Source: Bilabrum cf. latius (taxonomy: Eukaryota). Taken from it: a stretch of 64,000 nucleotides of DNA. The stretch's first letter is position 1, and each line of letters begins with the position of its first letter. The notes below the pieces were generated by a model that saw only the letters and a program-made list of their open reading frames with translations, searched no databases and was not told where the DNA came from. The position numbers were made by a program, and so were the translations under genes. This document shows positions 24,677-36,674 of this stretch, one piece after another. The DNA is taken from NCBI GenBank assembly GCA_965178125.1, contig OZ237765.1, positions 124,001 through 188,000 of the forward strand, in the 5' to 3' direction.

Positions 24677-27600
24677 ATAGCAGTTATCATGAGTTGAAAG
24701 TTGCGCAGGGCAATGATTCCCGTGCAGGGGGTGTGGCTCAGAGCCCCATGGTGACCCGCCGCACTCTTGATGTGGTGACTCGCCGCACCCCTCTAAAGCC
24801 TCCAGCGCACAGGCTAGGCACGGTCATCAGGCCAGTGCGGCTTCAACCCCCGCCTAGTTAGGGGAAGCAATCGTCTGCGGAAGCTAGACAAACGGTGGGC
24901 AAGCGATCCAAAGGAAAGAAGAGAGGCAATGTGGGGTCAGGGAGCCGGCCGAGAGAACGACGAGCGGACCTGGGCATGGCTGTTGGGGAGGAGGCAAGCG
25001 GTGCAGCAAACGTGGACGACTTGCTATTCGGGACGATCCCGCAAGGAGATGAGCTGCAGGCGATGGGTGCAGCCCATGGTAGTGCAAGCAGGAGGGCCGG
25101 CAAGCGCCGCAAGAAGCGCCGCAAGAGGGCAAAGCAGCACGAGCGCCAGCACGATAGGCGTCTGTCAGCCGCCGGCAGCTCCTTCCCTGTGTCTACCTCC
25201 GGGTCGCGAAGAACACTTGAGGCCGGTCCAGATGAACCTATGCCTCCCAGCACCGAGCATGTATCTTCAAGGCAAATTAACCCGCCCTCGAACGTCCCAA
25301 CTGACCCCGAGCTAGACGTCTCAAGTGCCTCGCCCAGGCAGCCATTGGCAAGCAGCAGCAGGCGCAGCAGCAGGCGCAAGGACCGTACCTCGAGTGGGTC
25401 ACAGCATTCGCTCCACCACCACCCCTGTGCCCCGACAGACAACATTAGCTCCCCTTCACAGTCCACAGCAGCTGGCACGTTCACCGCGTCCACATCAAGC
25501 ACAACCGTGGAGCTCACCGATGTGAGGCTCTGGCTCAGGGTACGGCTGCTGGGCGGGTCAGCGTGGGTGCCTCTGTCTTAGACCACTCCCAGCGACGAGC
25601 GGGCGGCCTTACAAACCGGAACTGGTGCCAGGAGAGACCCCCCTGCGCCGCACTCGCCCATGCAGCCCCGCAGAAGGCACGATGGGGCCAGCATCGGGGC
25701 CCGCAGGAGCCAGCTCACCCCGGATGCTCTCACGTTTAGACCCACGGGACCCTCCCCCTTGCGCTGGATTCTGCCCATGGTGGCCGCGCTGGGGAACAAA
25801 CAGGTGGGTGTGACGAGCGAGGGAGGGGGCGGCGCCCATCCGCTGCCCGCATGCCTGCTGCCGTTCCTGTCCGAGAGGGCCGCGGTGCTGCGGTCCAGCG
25901 GGGCATGGTCCTTTGTTGGGAGACAGGAGGCGGCTCTTCTCAATGCAGCTGCTTCCAAGGGGAAAGCGGCCTTCTCAGGGAGCAAGGGGGTCCGGTCAAT
26001 GGGCAGGCGGGGTGCGTCGTCCTCAGCTAACGCGCGCACAGCACTCCCTGGCAAGGCCAGTGGCTCTGGGACTGGTGCTGGTGCTGGGCCTGGGCCTGCG
26101 GCAGGGTCTGTCCATGGCCCCACAAAAGTCCAAGGGATGTTGCAAGGGAGGTATCCACTCCAGGTGGAGCTGTGGGCCGCTGCAAGGGGGTTTCTGAAGC
26201 GACACCCAAAGGCTGGGGCACAGAGCGCTGCAAAGCGGCTGGGGCCCAGGTCCAGGGCAAGGGCAAAACCGGTGGAAGGGAGCCGTTCGGCTGCACGCCG
26301 CGTGGGATTTGCGCCTGAGCCGTGGAAAAATGCAGGCAAGATCCAGGTCGTGAAACAAGCTTCCCCTTAGTCTTCGACTTCCCGGTCATCCGCACTGACC
26401 CCAAGCGAGGTGCATCCCATGCTGCGGGGGGTCCTGCGAGGAGCCACTGGGTCTCGATCCCGGGACCTGGCCTCCGGAACGGTCCAGTCCGACAGTCAAA
26501 GATCCAGCAACAGGCCTAAACTTGATGTCTTGTCGTCGGATGTCGACGGTGGGATGCACAGCAGCAGTATTACCAGCACAAAACTCCAGCGGCAGCATCC
26601 TCGTGGCAGCCAAGTACCCCAGGGCACTGACGGCAGCACAAGGGTGAGGATGATGACCCGCGATGAGCCAGGGAACAATGAAGATCCCCAGTAGCAGTTC
26701 AGTCTGTCCCACGATCGGCTGCAGGCGGCTCAGGAGAGGGGTCGAGCGCTGGCGCGGACCCAGACCGAGGCGCACATCGCGAGCCTGAGGGCGGGGAGCA
26801 TGGGTGCACTGCACGGCGGTGCTTCCTCGGGGGCTGGGTCCAGCAGGCGAAGGAGACCGTCCATGAAGCTGCTGGGCGTAGACGCAACGCTGGTGGAAGA
26901 CGACGACGATGATGAAAGCTGTGCCAGTGGTGGCGCCAGGCCTCTAGGTGAGCATGCCAGTGGTGGCGATGGGACTGCGAGCAGCGCTCGAGAGGGCAGC
27001 GATGAGGAGTACTCAACGGATAGTTCCCAGGGGTACTCATCCCCTAAAAGCGAGGAAGAGGAGGAAGAAGAGGAAGATTGCGCTGATAACTCCAACTCCG
27101 CCTCAGCCTCGCCGTCGCACGCGGTGCCACGGGACTAGGCCCAGGCCAAGACAAAGACAAAGTCCGCGGTTGCAACCAGCATCGAGGATCTGGAGCTGCC
27201 GCGCCCCGCAACCAGCAGTGATGATGTGACGAGTGGTACTAGTTCCGGCTCTCTGCCCCCCTCGCTGTTGTCCACGAGTGTGTGCCTGGGCGCCCTCCCC
27301 CTGCCCTTGCGTCAGTTCGAGGGGGGGCAGCTGTCCACGGCCCGGGTCACGTCGGAGCTGCAGGTGCAGGTGCAGGGGCAGGTGCAGGGGTAGAGGTAGT
27401 CGGGGGTGGAGAGTGGCGGTCCGTCGAGCCCTGGTTTGCTTCCTTCGGGGCTGGGCAGGAGCGTGAGGCTGTCCTCCACTCTGGGCATGGACGCCGGGCC
27501 CTGCCTCTCTCGGCATGCGACCGACTGGCTGGAGGTGAGGTGCAGGTATGTGAGGGTGGGGGTGCCCGAGGCGGAGGTGAGGGGGGCAGTGGGCGGGGAA

Positions 27601-27753
27601 GGGGGGGATTGTGAGGGGGGGGCAGTGCCAGTGGGGGGTGTCGGTGGGGTGGCTGGGCCGGCCGGCGAGGGCGTTTGGCTGCCCACTGGTCGGGCTGCGG
27701 CGGCTTTCCTCAACTCGCTGCAGGCGCTTCCACCGGACTGGCTGCAGCAGTGA
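17101..27753 (+). CDS. Giant intronless low-complexity protein (about 3550 aa with TAG=Gln), unknown function, possible C2-like and CxxC segments
   Basis: Twelve plus-strand track ORFs from 17101..17655 to 27406..27753 share one frame, separated only by 18 TAGs (gaps read manually, no TAA/TGA). Terminates at TGA TGA TGA (27751-27759). Confidence 0.75.
24628..24675 (+). repeat. (GCT)n trinucleotide tract encoding poly-Ala inside the giant ORF
   Basis: Direct reading; in frame with 17101-27753. Confidence 0.85.
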
Positions 27754-27845
27754 TGATGATGCCGATTTCCTCCAAGTGTGTCCCAAGTATGCCAACGTCT
27801 CAAGGCTAGTCCGTGCATGCCACCAAGCTCGAAACTAAAAGAAAG

Positions 27846-30800
27846 ATGAATGCATGGAATACTTCGCCGCCGTCTCCAACCAAGGCACCACACAGGCGAT
27901 ACTGCATGGCCTACACAGCAATAAGCCCTACTTTTTAGCTTCCTGATCACGTTGCAGCCCATCTTTTGGCCTGCGGATCGCTCAAGTTGGCACAAGCCTC
28001 TCAGCATGCGGGGAGCAAGCATGCTCCAGAGGTCCACGGCGGAAGCCATCAGAAACTTGTATCGCCTCCGATGCTGCCGCGCACCCATGTTTTTGGCAAC
28101 GGTGAGCAAGACGTGCGGTCATCAGGGGCAGTTGGGCTCGATCTTGTGACCGTACTGGCGGACGAAGCTGCGCATTCCGTTGCTGGATCCCAGGCTCACT
28201 CAAAGCTCCAATACGGGACTACAAACGAGGTGGGGCACGTGAGAGATACTCTAGCTCATTCAATCTCACGGTATGATGGGCCCTCGCCGAAGCGCTACGC
28301 TCGGAGGCATCTTGCCGCTCTCGCGGTGCCAAGACTAGACCAGCTGCCGCGACAGCCGTTTTACACGCGAGGACTGCGCGCCCTTTGTCGCCGTATTATG
28401 GCTGTTGGGTTGCTTCGAAAGCGCCGAAGGGGTTTCAGCTCGTACCGCTCGAGCTTGGTCGCCAGCGAGCTCGTCGATTTCCTGGTGCATTCTCGCCAAG
28501 TGACTAGCCGAGTGGCCGCGTTGCAGCTGTGCCAGACACTGGTGCTGCACAGATACATCGTGCAGCTAGCTGAAGGGGCCGCCGCTGCAGCTGCAGCCAC
28601 GGAGCGCCGCCGGCGGATGGAGCGCAAGCGACAGGGCAAAGAGACGCAGGCTGATTTGGCTGCCTCCTCCCGGCGCTCCCCCTGGCTGGAGCCCTGCCCG
28701 GACCCGATTTTCGTGGATGATGACTCCCTCTATCGCCTGTCGAGCCGAGCCCACGAGGAAACCTCCAGGGGGACTGCGCCACCGGAGGCCCGGCTGGCTC
28801 TGTGGACGGAGGGAGCCGCAGCCCCCGGGGGTCACACCCTTGGGGGACACATCAGGGGGTCGTCCCCGCACGGGGGTCTCAGGGGATCTCCCCGGAGACC
28901 GGAGCGGAGGCTGCTGCATGCCCCCGGCACAGAGGCCCCCCAGGCCGACCCACCTGCCACCCCTGTCCCTGCCCCAGCCCCCGCCTCAGCACCGACCAAG
29001 GGGGCTCGCCAGCAGCCCCACTCGTCACACCCAGCCAGCACCAGCCAGTCCCCCTCGGGCACCTCCTCCCGCCGCGGCTCCGTGACGGGTCCCCGCAGAC
29101 GGGCCGCCTCTGTGGCGAGCGAGCAGGGTGCATCGCACGGTGGCGCGGGAGGGCCCAACGGATCCCCTTCTGGGTCCATCCAGCTTACAGACTCCCTGTC
29201 AACATCGAGACCCGGGGGCGGAGCCGGCGCCGCGCAGTCATACCAGTCCATGCCCAGAGAGGGCAGCGTGCAAGGGGGGGCTGAGGGCGAGGGGGCCAGC
29301 AGCGCGGGAGGGAAGCCGGGGGCTAAGGACGGAGGCAGCCCCCGGGGCGGGGCCCATGCCGCCCCAGTACCCGTCTCGAATAATGGCTCCGGATCCGCAG
29401 CGCCGGGCTCCGGCCAGGGGGCCAAGTCCGCCGGCGTCACCCCACGGCTGGGTCGCGCTGTCAGCGTGCTGGCCCCCGTGCACGAGGGGGACGAGGGGGG
29501 CCCAGGGAACAACAAACAAGGAGAGACAAATGTAGAGGGTGGTCGAACTCCGGGTGGCGCGGGTGGCACGGGTGGCGCGGGGAGTGGTGGTCCCAAGGAC
29601 GCGCACGCCAAGGCCGTGGCGGCGGGACGTGTCACGCGGGGGGCCATGGGCAGCGGAACCGCCGGCGCCGCCGCGCAGGCCTCACCGGGCAGCGACCCCG
29701 AGTCGGGCATTGCAAACACCCCTGGGAGCGGCGCCCTCCCCGCATTGGGGTCATACGAGGACACCCCCCCCGAATACAGGCAGCCGCTGCGGCAAGATGG
29801 AGGCGACGGGGGCAGCCCGGGCCACGGCCCTCACTCGTCACAGCAGCAGCAGCAGCAACAGCAGTCGCTGCAAAAGTCCCCGCTCAGCAAGCAGGCCCGC
29901 CCCCAGGAGGACCCCACCGTGGGGAAGACCCCCCCTCCCGATCGAGATAACAGTGGGGGGCAAAGCACGGAGGCGGGATCGGGGGCGGGGGCGGGGGCCG
30001 GCGCAGGTACGCCTTCCCCTTCCCCGCGTCCCGGATCGCACTCGTCACAGCAGCCGCGCGAGAGCCTGACCGAGGAGGAGGAGCTGGCTCTGAGGCGCAG
30101 GCAGCTGCAGGAGAGGGAAGCCGAGCTCGACGGTAAGACGGTGCGTGCCGGGTGGCTGACCAAGCAGGGGCACAGCTTCTTCACCTGGCGCCGGCGGTGG
30201 TTCGTCCTCAAGGGCAGGTGCCTCAGGTACTTTTCGGCTCCGGGTGAGCAGGACGTCAAGGCGAAAGGCGTGCTCGACCTTCTGCAGTATTCGCTGGTCC
30301 CCGCCGACTCGCCCAGGAAGGGCGTGTCGATGCGCCTGAGCCACAAGGACACCGCGGGGACGGAAAGGGATTACTACATGTACGCAGATAGCGACAGGGA
30401 TTTCATGGCGTGGGTCAAGGCGATCTCCATCGTGGTGCAGAACTACGACGATCTGAGGGACGCCCTGGCCGAGCTGGAGAGGGCGGAGGCTGAGCTCATG
30501 GTGCGGCGGGAGGACGAGGCTGCCAGGGCCATGTGGTCCGATGCGGGGGGGGCGGGGGGAGGGGTCGGACAGGGGGGGGCTGGAGGCGGCGGCAGCAGGC
30601 GGCGGGGGCTCAGCATGAGCAAGAGCAGGAGCAGGAGGGCGATCCTTGCTGCGCAAGGGGGGGTGATGGGTGCGGGGTCCGGCGGGAGGGTGATGATGGG
30701 GGGGGGTATGGGGCTGAGGCGGGCGGGGTCTGCGGTTCGTGTGTAGTCCGCGGGGGCGGGATCCGTGGCGGGTGGGGGCCAGGGGGGTCCCGCTGCGCGG

Positions 30801-30926
30801 CGCCTGCGGACGGCGGCGGCTTCGTCTGGTGGTGACGGGGGGGGTACCACGGCCGGGGGCAGCGGAACAACGGGGCCGTACGCTTCGAGCGCCTCGGGAT
30901 CGCAGGTGGAAGAATGGAGGGGCTGA
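27846..30926 (+). CDS. DEP-domain + PH-domain signalling protein (about 1026 aa with TAG=Gln; start uncertain)
   Basis: DEP-like YRSSLVASELVDFLV...SRVAALQLCQTLVLHRYI...FVDDDSLYRL; PH domain AGWLTKQGHSFFTWRRRWFVLKG...FMAWVKAI. TAG at 27936 and 30744; next true stop is TGA 30924-30926. Confidence 0.8.
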
Positions 30927-31067
30927 CAGGTAGTTTCCGTAGCTGGGCGGACTCTGTCATGCCGCTCTTGGGCAGTCTTCCGCCCGTCTTCATCGTCGTC
31001 GCTCGAACCGGTTGCAACCTATCGTCTCGAGCGACGGGTCCCAGCAGAACCGTTGAACTGCGCTAGA

Positions 31068-34000
31068 ATGGCTGCTGTTGCCGGAGCTTCCACGGAAAAG
31101 CCTCTCAACGTGATTGAGAAGATCCTTTTGCACCATGCTGTCGGTTTGCAATCTAAAGCCATCAAGCCGGGCGACGTGCTTTGCGTCAAAGTGAGAGCGC
31201 GATCCATCGGTGGCCTCGATACCCTTCTTGGCAGATACAGAGCATATGAAGAACGAGTAGATCGACAATTCAACTTAGAATTGCATATAGATATCATAAG
31301 GTGCAAGAATATGCACTGAACTACCCTGAATCAGGTTGTCGCTGCAACGCAACACATTTCTCACCGAGCGCCATGCTCTGCGTGTCGCAGGTGGACTGGA
31401 CCATGGCGAACGAGATTACCTGGAAGGGGATGCGCATGCTTTGGCGTCGCCTTGGAGAGCCCAAACCGGCAAACCGTGAGTAGCATTCTTCAGTCGCTCT
31501 TGGCACATATCAGACGTTGATGCTGGCGCCCCGATCCAAGCACAAGCGAGTTTACACTCGCATTCTGCATCGCACCGAATCCAACATTCCGTGGCAGCCC
31601 CTCTTTGCTCTCTGCAGCCGAGCGCGTGTGGCTGTCGGTGGACCACTCGACGGACCCTCGCATCAACCACGAGCCCAAGCCGCTCGAGCTCACCAAGCTG
31701 GTGACCCAGTTCGCCAGGGAACACAAGATCGTGGACTTCTTCCCCCCTAACACCTCCATTATGCACACCGAGTTCGCCCGCCAGCGCTCCCAACCCGGCC
31801 AGATTGTCATCGGGGCCGATTCCCACACGTGCTCCGGGGGCGGCATGGGGGCGTTCGCCGTGGGCCTCGGGGCGGGGGACGTGGTGCTCCCACTCGTCAC
31901 AGGGCGCACCTGGTTCCGCGTCCCCGAGACGATCCGCATCGAGCTCAAGGGCAGGCCCGCTTTCGGCATCAGCGGGAAAGACGTCATGCTGCACATCTTG
32001 GGCAAGCTCAAGCGCAACACCGTGGCCCTCGGGAGGGCGGTCGAGTATGGCGGGCCCGGGATGAAGTACCTCTCCTGCGACGCGAGATTCGCGCTGGCGA
32101 ACATGGCCACGGAGTTCGGGGCTCTCGCGGGCGTATGCGTGGCCGACGCCGTGACGGCAGCCGCCCTGGCCAAGCGGGAGAGGGTGGGCAAGGCCTTCGA
32201 CCAAGCCGCCAAAGGGTGCGGCTGCAGCCAGGCAGCGCCCGAGGTCGTGGGCGACGACGCCGAGCGAATGGACTCGGAGACGAAAGCCAAGGCCGAGGCC
32301 GCCATGGCCGAGGTGGTCCAGGGAACAACACCGGGATCCGGAGCCGCAAAGGCGGGGGACATCGAGGCGGATGGGGCCGCGTCCGTGACGGCCCGCGCCC
32401 CCTCCTCCTCGGCTGCCGCGCACACGTCAGAGGCGTTGTACTTCCAGCCGGATGACGAGTGCGAGTACGCGGGTGTGTACGAGATCGACCTGGGCGAGGT
32501 GTCCCCCGCGGTGGCGCGGTACCCAGACCCCGACAACTGCGTGCCGGTGAACGACCCTGCCGTCAAGGGCAAGCCCCTGGACGGCTGCTTCATCGGGGCG
32601 TGCACCACGGCTCAGGAAGAGCTGGTCCTTGCCGCGCTGGTGCTGGAGCAGGCCCTCAGGCAGGGCCGCAAGCCAGCGGTTGCAACCGCCACGGGGATGG
32701 GGAAGGCCCCGCAGCGGAGGGTCACCCCAGGGTCTGTCTAGATCTACGAGACTCTCGAGAGGCACGGCCTGCTGGACGTGTACCGCAGGGCGGGCTTTAC
32801 CGTGGGTTCGCCCGGGTGCTCCTTCTGCCTGGGGATCGCCGCTGACGTGGCACAGGAGGGCGAGATCTGGCTGTCCTCGCAAAACCGGAACTTCAAGGAC
32901 AGGATGGGCCGGGGGTCCATCGGGTCCCTGGCCTCTGCCGCGACGGTGGCGGCCAGCAGCTTGGGCATGGCGGTGGAGGACCCCACCCCTTTTCTGAAGG
33001 GGATCGATCCCGAGCGTTTCGAGGCGCTGCGGGGGGAGCTGAGGGTGGGACCCCCGGGAGGGGTCAGGGCCCTGCGCCCCCTGGTGGGGGCGGGGATTGG
33101 AGTGCGGGCTGGTCGCGCAGCTGTGACGATTGAGTACGACGCGGAAGGCCCCGCGGTGCCGAAGGAAGACCCAGCAGGCGCGGGGGCTGCTGCTGCTGCT
33201 GCTGCAGGGGGCAAAGAGGCGGAGGAAGAAGGTGAGGCGAAAGAAGAACAAGTAGAGGGAGAAGCAGGGGCGGCGGAGGGGGCCTCGGATGCAGTTGGGC
33301 TCTTGGCCCCCGAGGCACCACGGGACGATGCACTCGTCACATGGACCGAGCCGCAGCCCGAGCTCGCGACGGGGGCAGGAGGAGGTGCCTCCGCTGCCGA
33401 TGATGATGCGGCAGCAGCGGCCGATGGGGGCGAGCCGCCCGTCATCGGCCCTCACCTGCCCACGTCGGTCAAGGGAGCGGTGCAGCGTTTCGGGGCGCAC
33501 GTGGACACGGACGCGATCATTCCCGGACCTTTCCTGGCATGTTCCGCGGAAGACCGCGTCAAGCACGGGGAGAGGGCCGACATGACCGAGGACGAGTTTC
33601 TGGGGGCCAAGTGCTTCGCGTACGCGCGGCCCGAGTTCAGGGGCAGGGTCAAGGAGGGCCGCACGGTGGTGGTGGCGGGGGAGGGCTTCGGCAGCGGGAG
33701 CAGCCGAGAGGAGGCGGTGAGGGCGCTGAGGGCCGCGGGGGTGGGCGCGGTGGTGGCCCGGTCCTTCGCGTTCATCTACGGGCGGAACCAGCCGAACAAC
33801 AACCTGCTGGGCGTGACGGTGTCCTCGGATCGGTTCTACGAGCTGGCCCAGGAGGGATCCACCGTGGAGGTGGACGTGCCCAACCGGCAGGTGACCGTGT
33901 GGCCGTCCTCCTCGTCGTCGGGTGAGGGCGGCAGCGCTGGGGAGGGCGCAACGGAATCGTTTCCTTTCGAGCTTAGTCTTGTTGAGGAGCGATTTCTTCA

Positions 34001-34166
34001 GGCAGGTGGAGTGGAGCGCCTATACAAGCGCTTCGGGGCGGGTCTGTTCGAGGCCGTGCTGCAGGGCAAGACGGAGGGGTGCGTGCCCGACGACAAGGTC
34101 GAAATGGGGGAGCCTGCCAGCGTGAAAGGGAGAGATGCCGCCAGAGCAAGGACAACGAAGGGTTAA
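31068..34166 (+). CDS. Aconitase-family hydro-lyase, fused LeuC-like large + LeuD-like swivel domain (exons 31068-31190, 31391-31475, 31618-34166; about 918 aa)
   Basis: Motifs NVIEKIL, VDH, IGADSHTC, GKDVMLHI, LANMATEFGA, DGCFIGACTT, PGCSFCLG, SSQNRNFKDRMG, VDTDAIIP and GFGSGSSREEA. Two in-phase GT-AG introns; in-frame TAG at 32739 between the Fe-S cysteine ligands; TAA stop. Confidence 0.9.
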
Positions 34167-36674
34167 TTGTAAGATGGCAGGAGCCTGGTAGTGAGCGACG
34201 CGTATCGGCAGCAATGAGACCGGCTCGATTCAGAGTTGCAGCGAGGATCGTTCGTTTCTCAGTCCAGCAGGCTGTGGCTGCCCATGCACTTGCGCCGATG
34301 TTCAACGACTTGCAAAGTATTTGAGTATGCTTGGATTTCTACTACATCATTGCTCATTCGAAGCAAGGCTTCCACTCGAAGTTTGAAAGAAACGCGCAAC
34401 TATCATCATGATGCCGCAAATCAGACCGGCGATTAGATCGGCACCACACCAAGCCTATGCCATGCACTTGGCGGGAGTTCATTCATGTTGACTGTGAATA
34501 CTACTTGTTGGTCCTGCTCAAGACGTTCACTGCGCAGCTTCTACCACAGCAACTTGGTTCCTCCGGGATCCGGGGTTGGTGCGTTGGGTGCCGGTGCGTG
34601 GCAGCCAAATCAATATTATTCGCCTGATAAACCATCCAGAGCAGTGAAGCCTATCAACTCATTCATTATGTCGATGCGATGGCTTCGATTCATTGAGTAA
34701 TGGTTAGCAGGTTAGACGGATATACACGAAGGCTGGTGCGATGGGGGGTGTGTAGCAGGATGCAGAAATCAGCTCTAGGAAACAGCTTTGCGCACTAGAT
34801 ATCGGCACATTATATGTACATTTCTAGGAGCTTGCAATAACTTATCGTGGTCTTTCAGCGTCTGCAAATTGGGCGTGTGTTGCACAGCAAGACGGTAGTC
34901 GCCTGCTGAGCTCGTGACGCTTCTTGCAGGAACGGCTGCAAGTAGCACGCTAGAAAGCACCGCATCTACATAGAGGGGATCCTTGATCAAATTTCGCGTA
35001 ATGACAGGCACTCGTAGCACAGCGACCATGGCACTAGAGCCTCCCCAGTAGCGACCTCGCAGGCAGGGCCGTCGTGCCGCGACCATCAAGCCTTGATGAG
35101 TGTGAACAACCCTTCAAGCAGGTGCTCCGTGTCTTGTGTGCGCGACCAACCACACACCTACTGCTTCCGAGAGGCTTCCTTGCGGCGTAATGCCAAAACT
35201 TTGTGGCTGATGGGTTACTACAGTCTCTTGACTGTTTCTTTTTGAGTAGCTTATGAGCAATTTTGTGTTTTGTGGCAAATTGTGATGGAACCTGCTACGG
35301 GTCGAACATGCGCTCGTACGGTAGGCTTCATCGTCGGCATTTAGGGCGCACAATTATAAAGCGACTTCGATAGATATCATGAAGTTCTGCACGTATCTCT
35401 CCACGATTCGGAGAGGACAACAGTGGAACTCCGTCGGAGAGTAACAAGATCACCGGGATGAATGGCGTACGTCGTCCAGCAGCGGTACACAGCCCGGCGT
35501 AGGATATTTCATTGATAATGAATTTATGACAATGACGGTTGCGCACTCAATTTACGCTGTGCAGGATGCACAAGACAAGATAAACTGAGACCAGTCGGGC
35601 AGAAAATGTCAATGGCAGCTCGTGTGCAGGGATACAATCGCTGCGCCCGTCATTGGCAACGTTTGTCTTTTCCCTGTAAAACATGGTGCTGGGCATGTGT
35701 TTGAGTCGGTCAGTCATCCTGTGCATAGCATAGGTAGGCCTGGCCAATCGTGGTTCCGAATCCTGCCGTGACGATCGCTGGAGTCTCCACTAATCGGCCG
35801 TCACTCACACGTTTGCTTTATGGACCCTAGCGAGAGAGCTTTATCGACAACAAGTCTATCAAGGGGGTAGTCGCAGGGATCCTTTGGGGCTCAGCCGCGG
35901 CAAAGCTTGGCAACAGAGGCGTCGGACGTAGCGGTCGGCACTGCTGGAAACAAAGCATCGGCGACCGGTGGGATCGGTAGCACCGACACGAAACCGGAGC
36001 CAGATGTACCAACTGGAACGTCTGCTTTGGGTCACGAATCGGCGAACACTTCAAGTAGTGCGGGCGAATCGCAGGCAAACTAGAACTCGCAGACATTGAG
36101 CCAAAGGGCGGTGCCACCAGTGCGGGCGGTCGCGTCGTTGCAGCCGTCCCAATCACGACCATCCACTCCAGATCGAGCCGGGAGCGGTCAAATACCCTAG
36201 GATGATCCTAAATCATCGCTTGAGAGGTATGCAAGGACGAAGGAGGACGGGGTGTTGCTTCCGTGGGATTTGGCGGAGACCTCGTGGGGAGGAATTCATC
36301 TTGGGGAATTGACTGGCTGGGAATAACTTCGATAGATAGTAGTCCCGGCCCGTGCTGCTGCAAGGGTTTATCAGTAATGAAGCGATGCGCAATGCTTGGC
36401 TTGGCCTCTGCTGGGAGACCTGAGCTCTTGCAGACACTTGCAAAACCACACTTTTTCCACGCGTGGACGGCATCCGGGCTGAAAGTAATGCATGGTGTAA
36501 AGTCTAAAGCGACATTCAAGAATGTATTCTTTATTGTATGTGCCCGGCTTTGTACTGTCTAGACTCTAAAGTCTAGACTTGTGTAGTGGGCATAATGCAA
36601 GCGTCCATTGCTGCAGGCCAGGCTCTTACTTACTTCTGACGCAAACGAAACGCCAGTCTCCAGCTGCTCCACGT

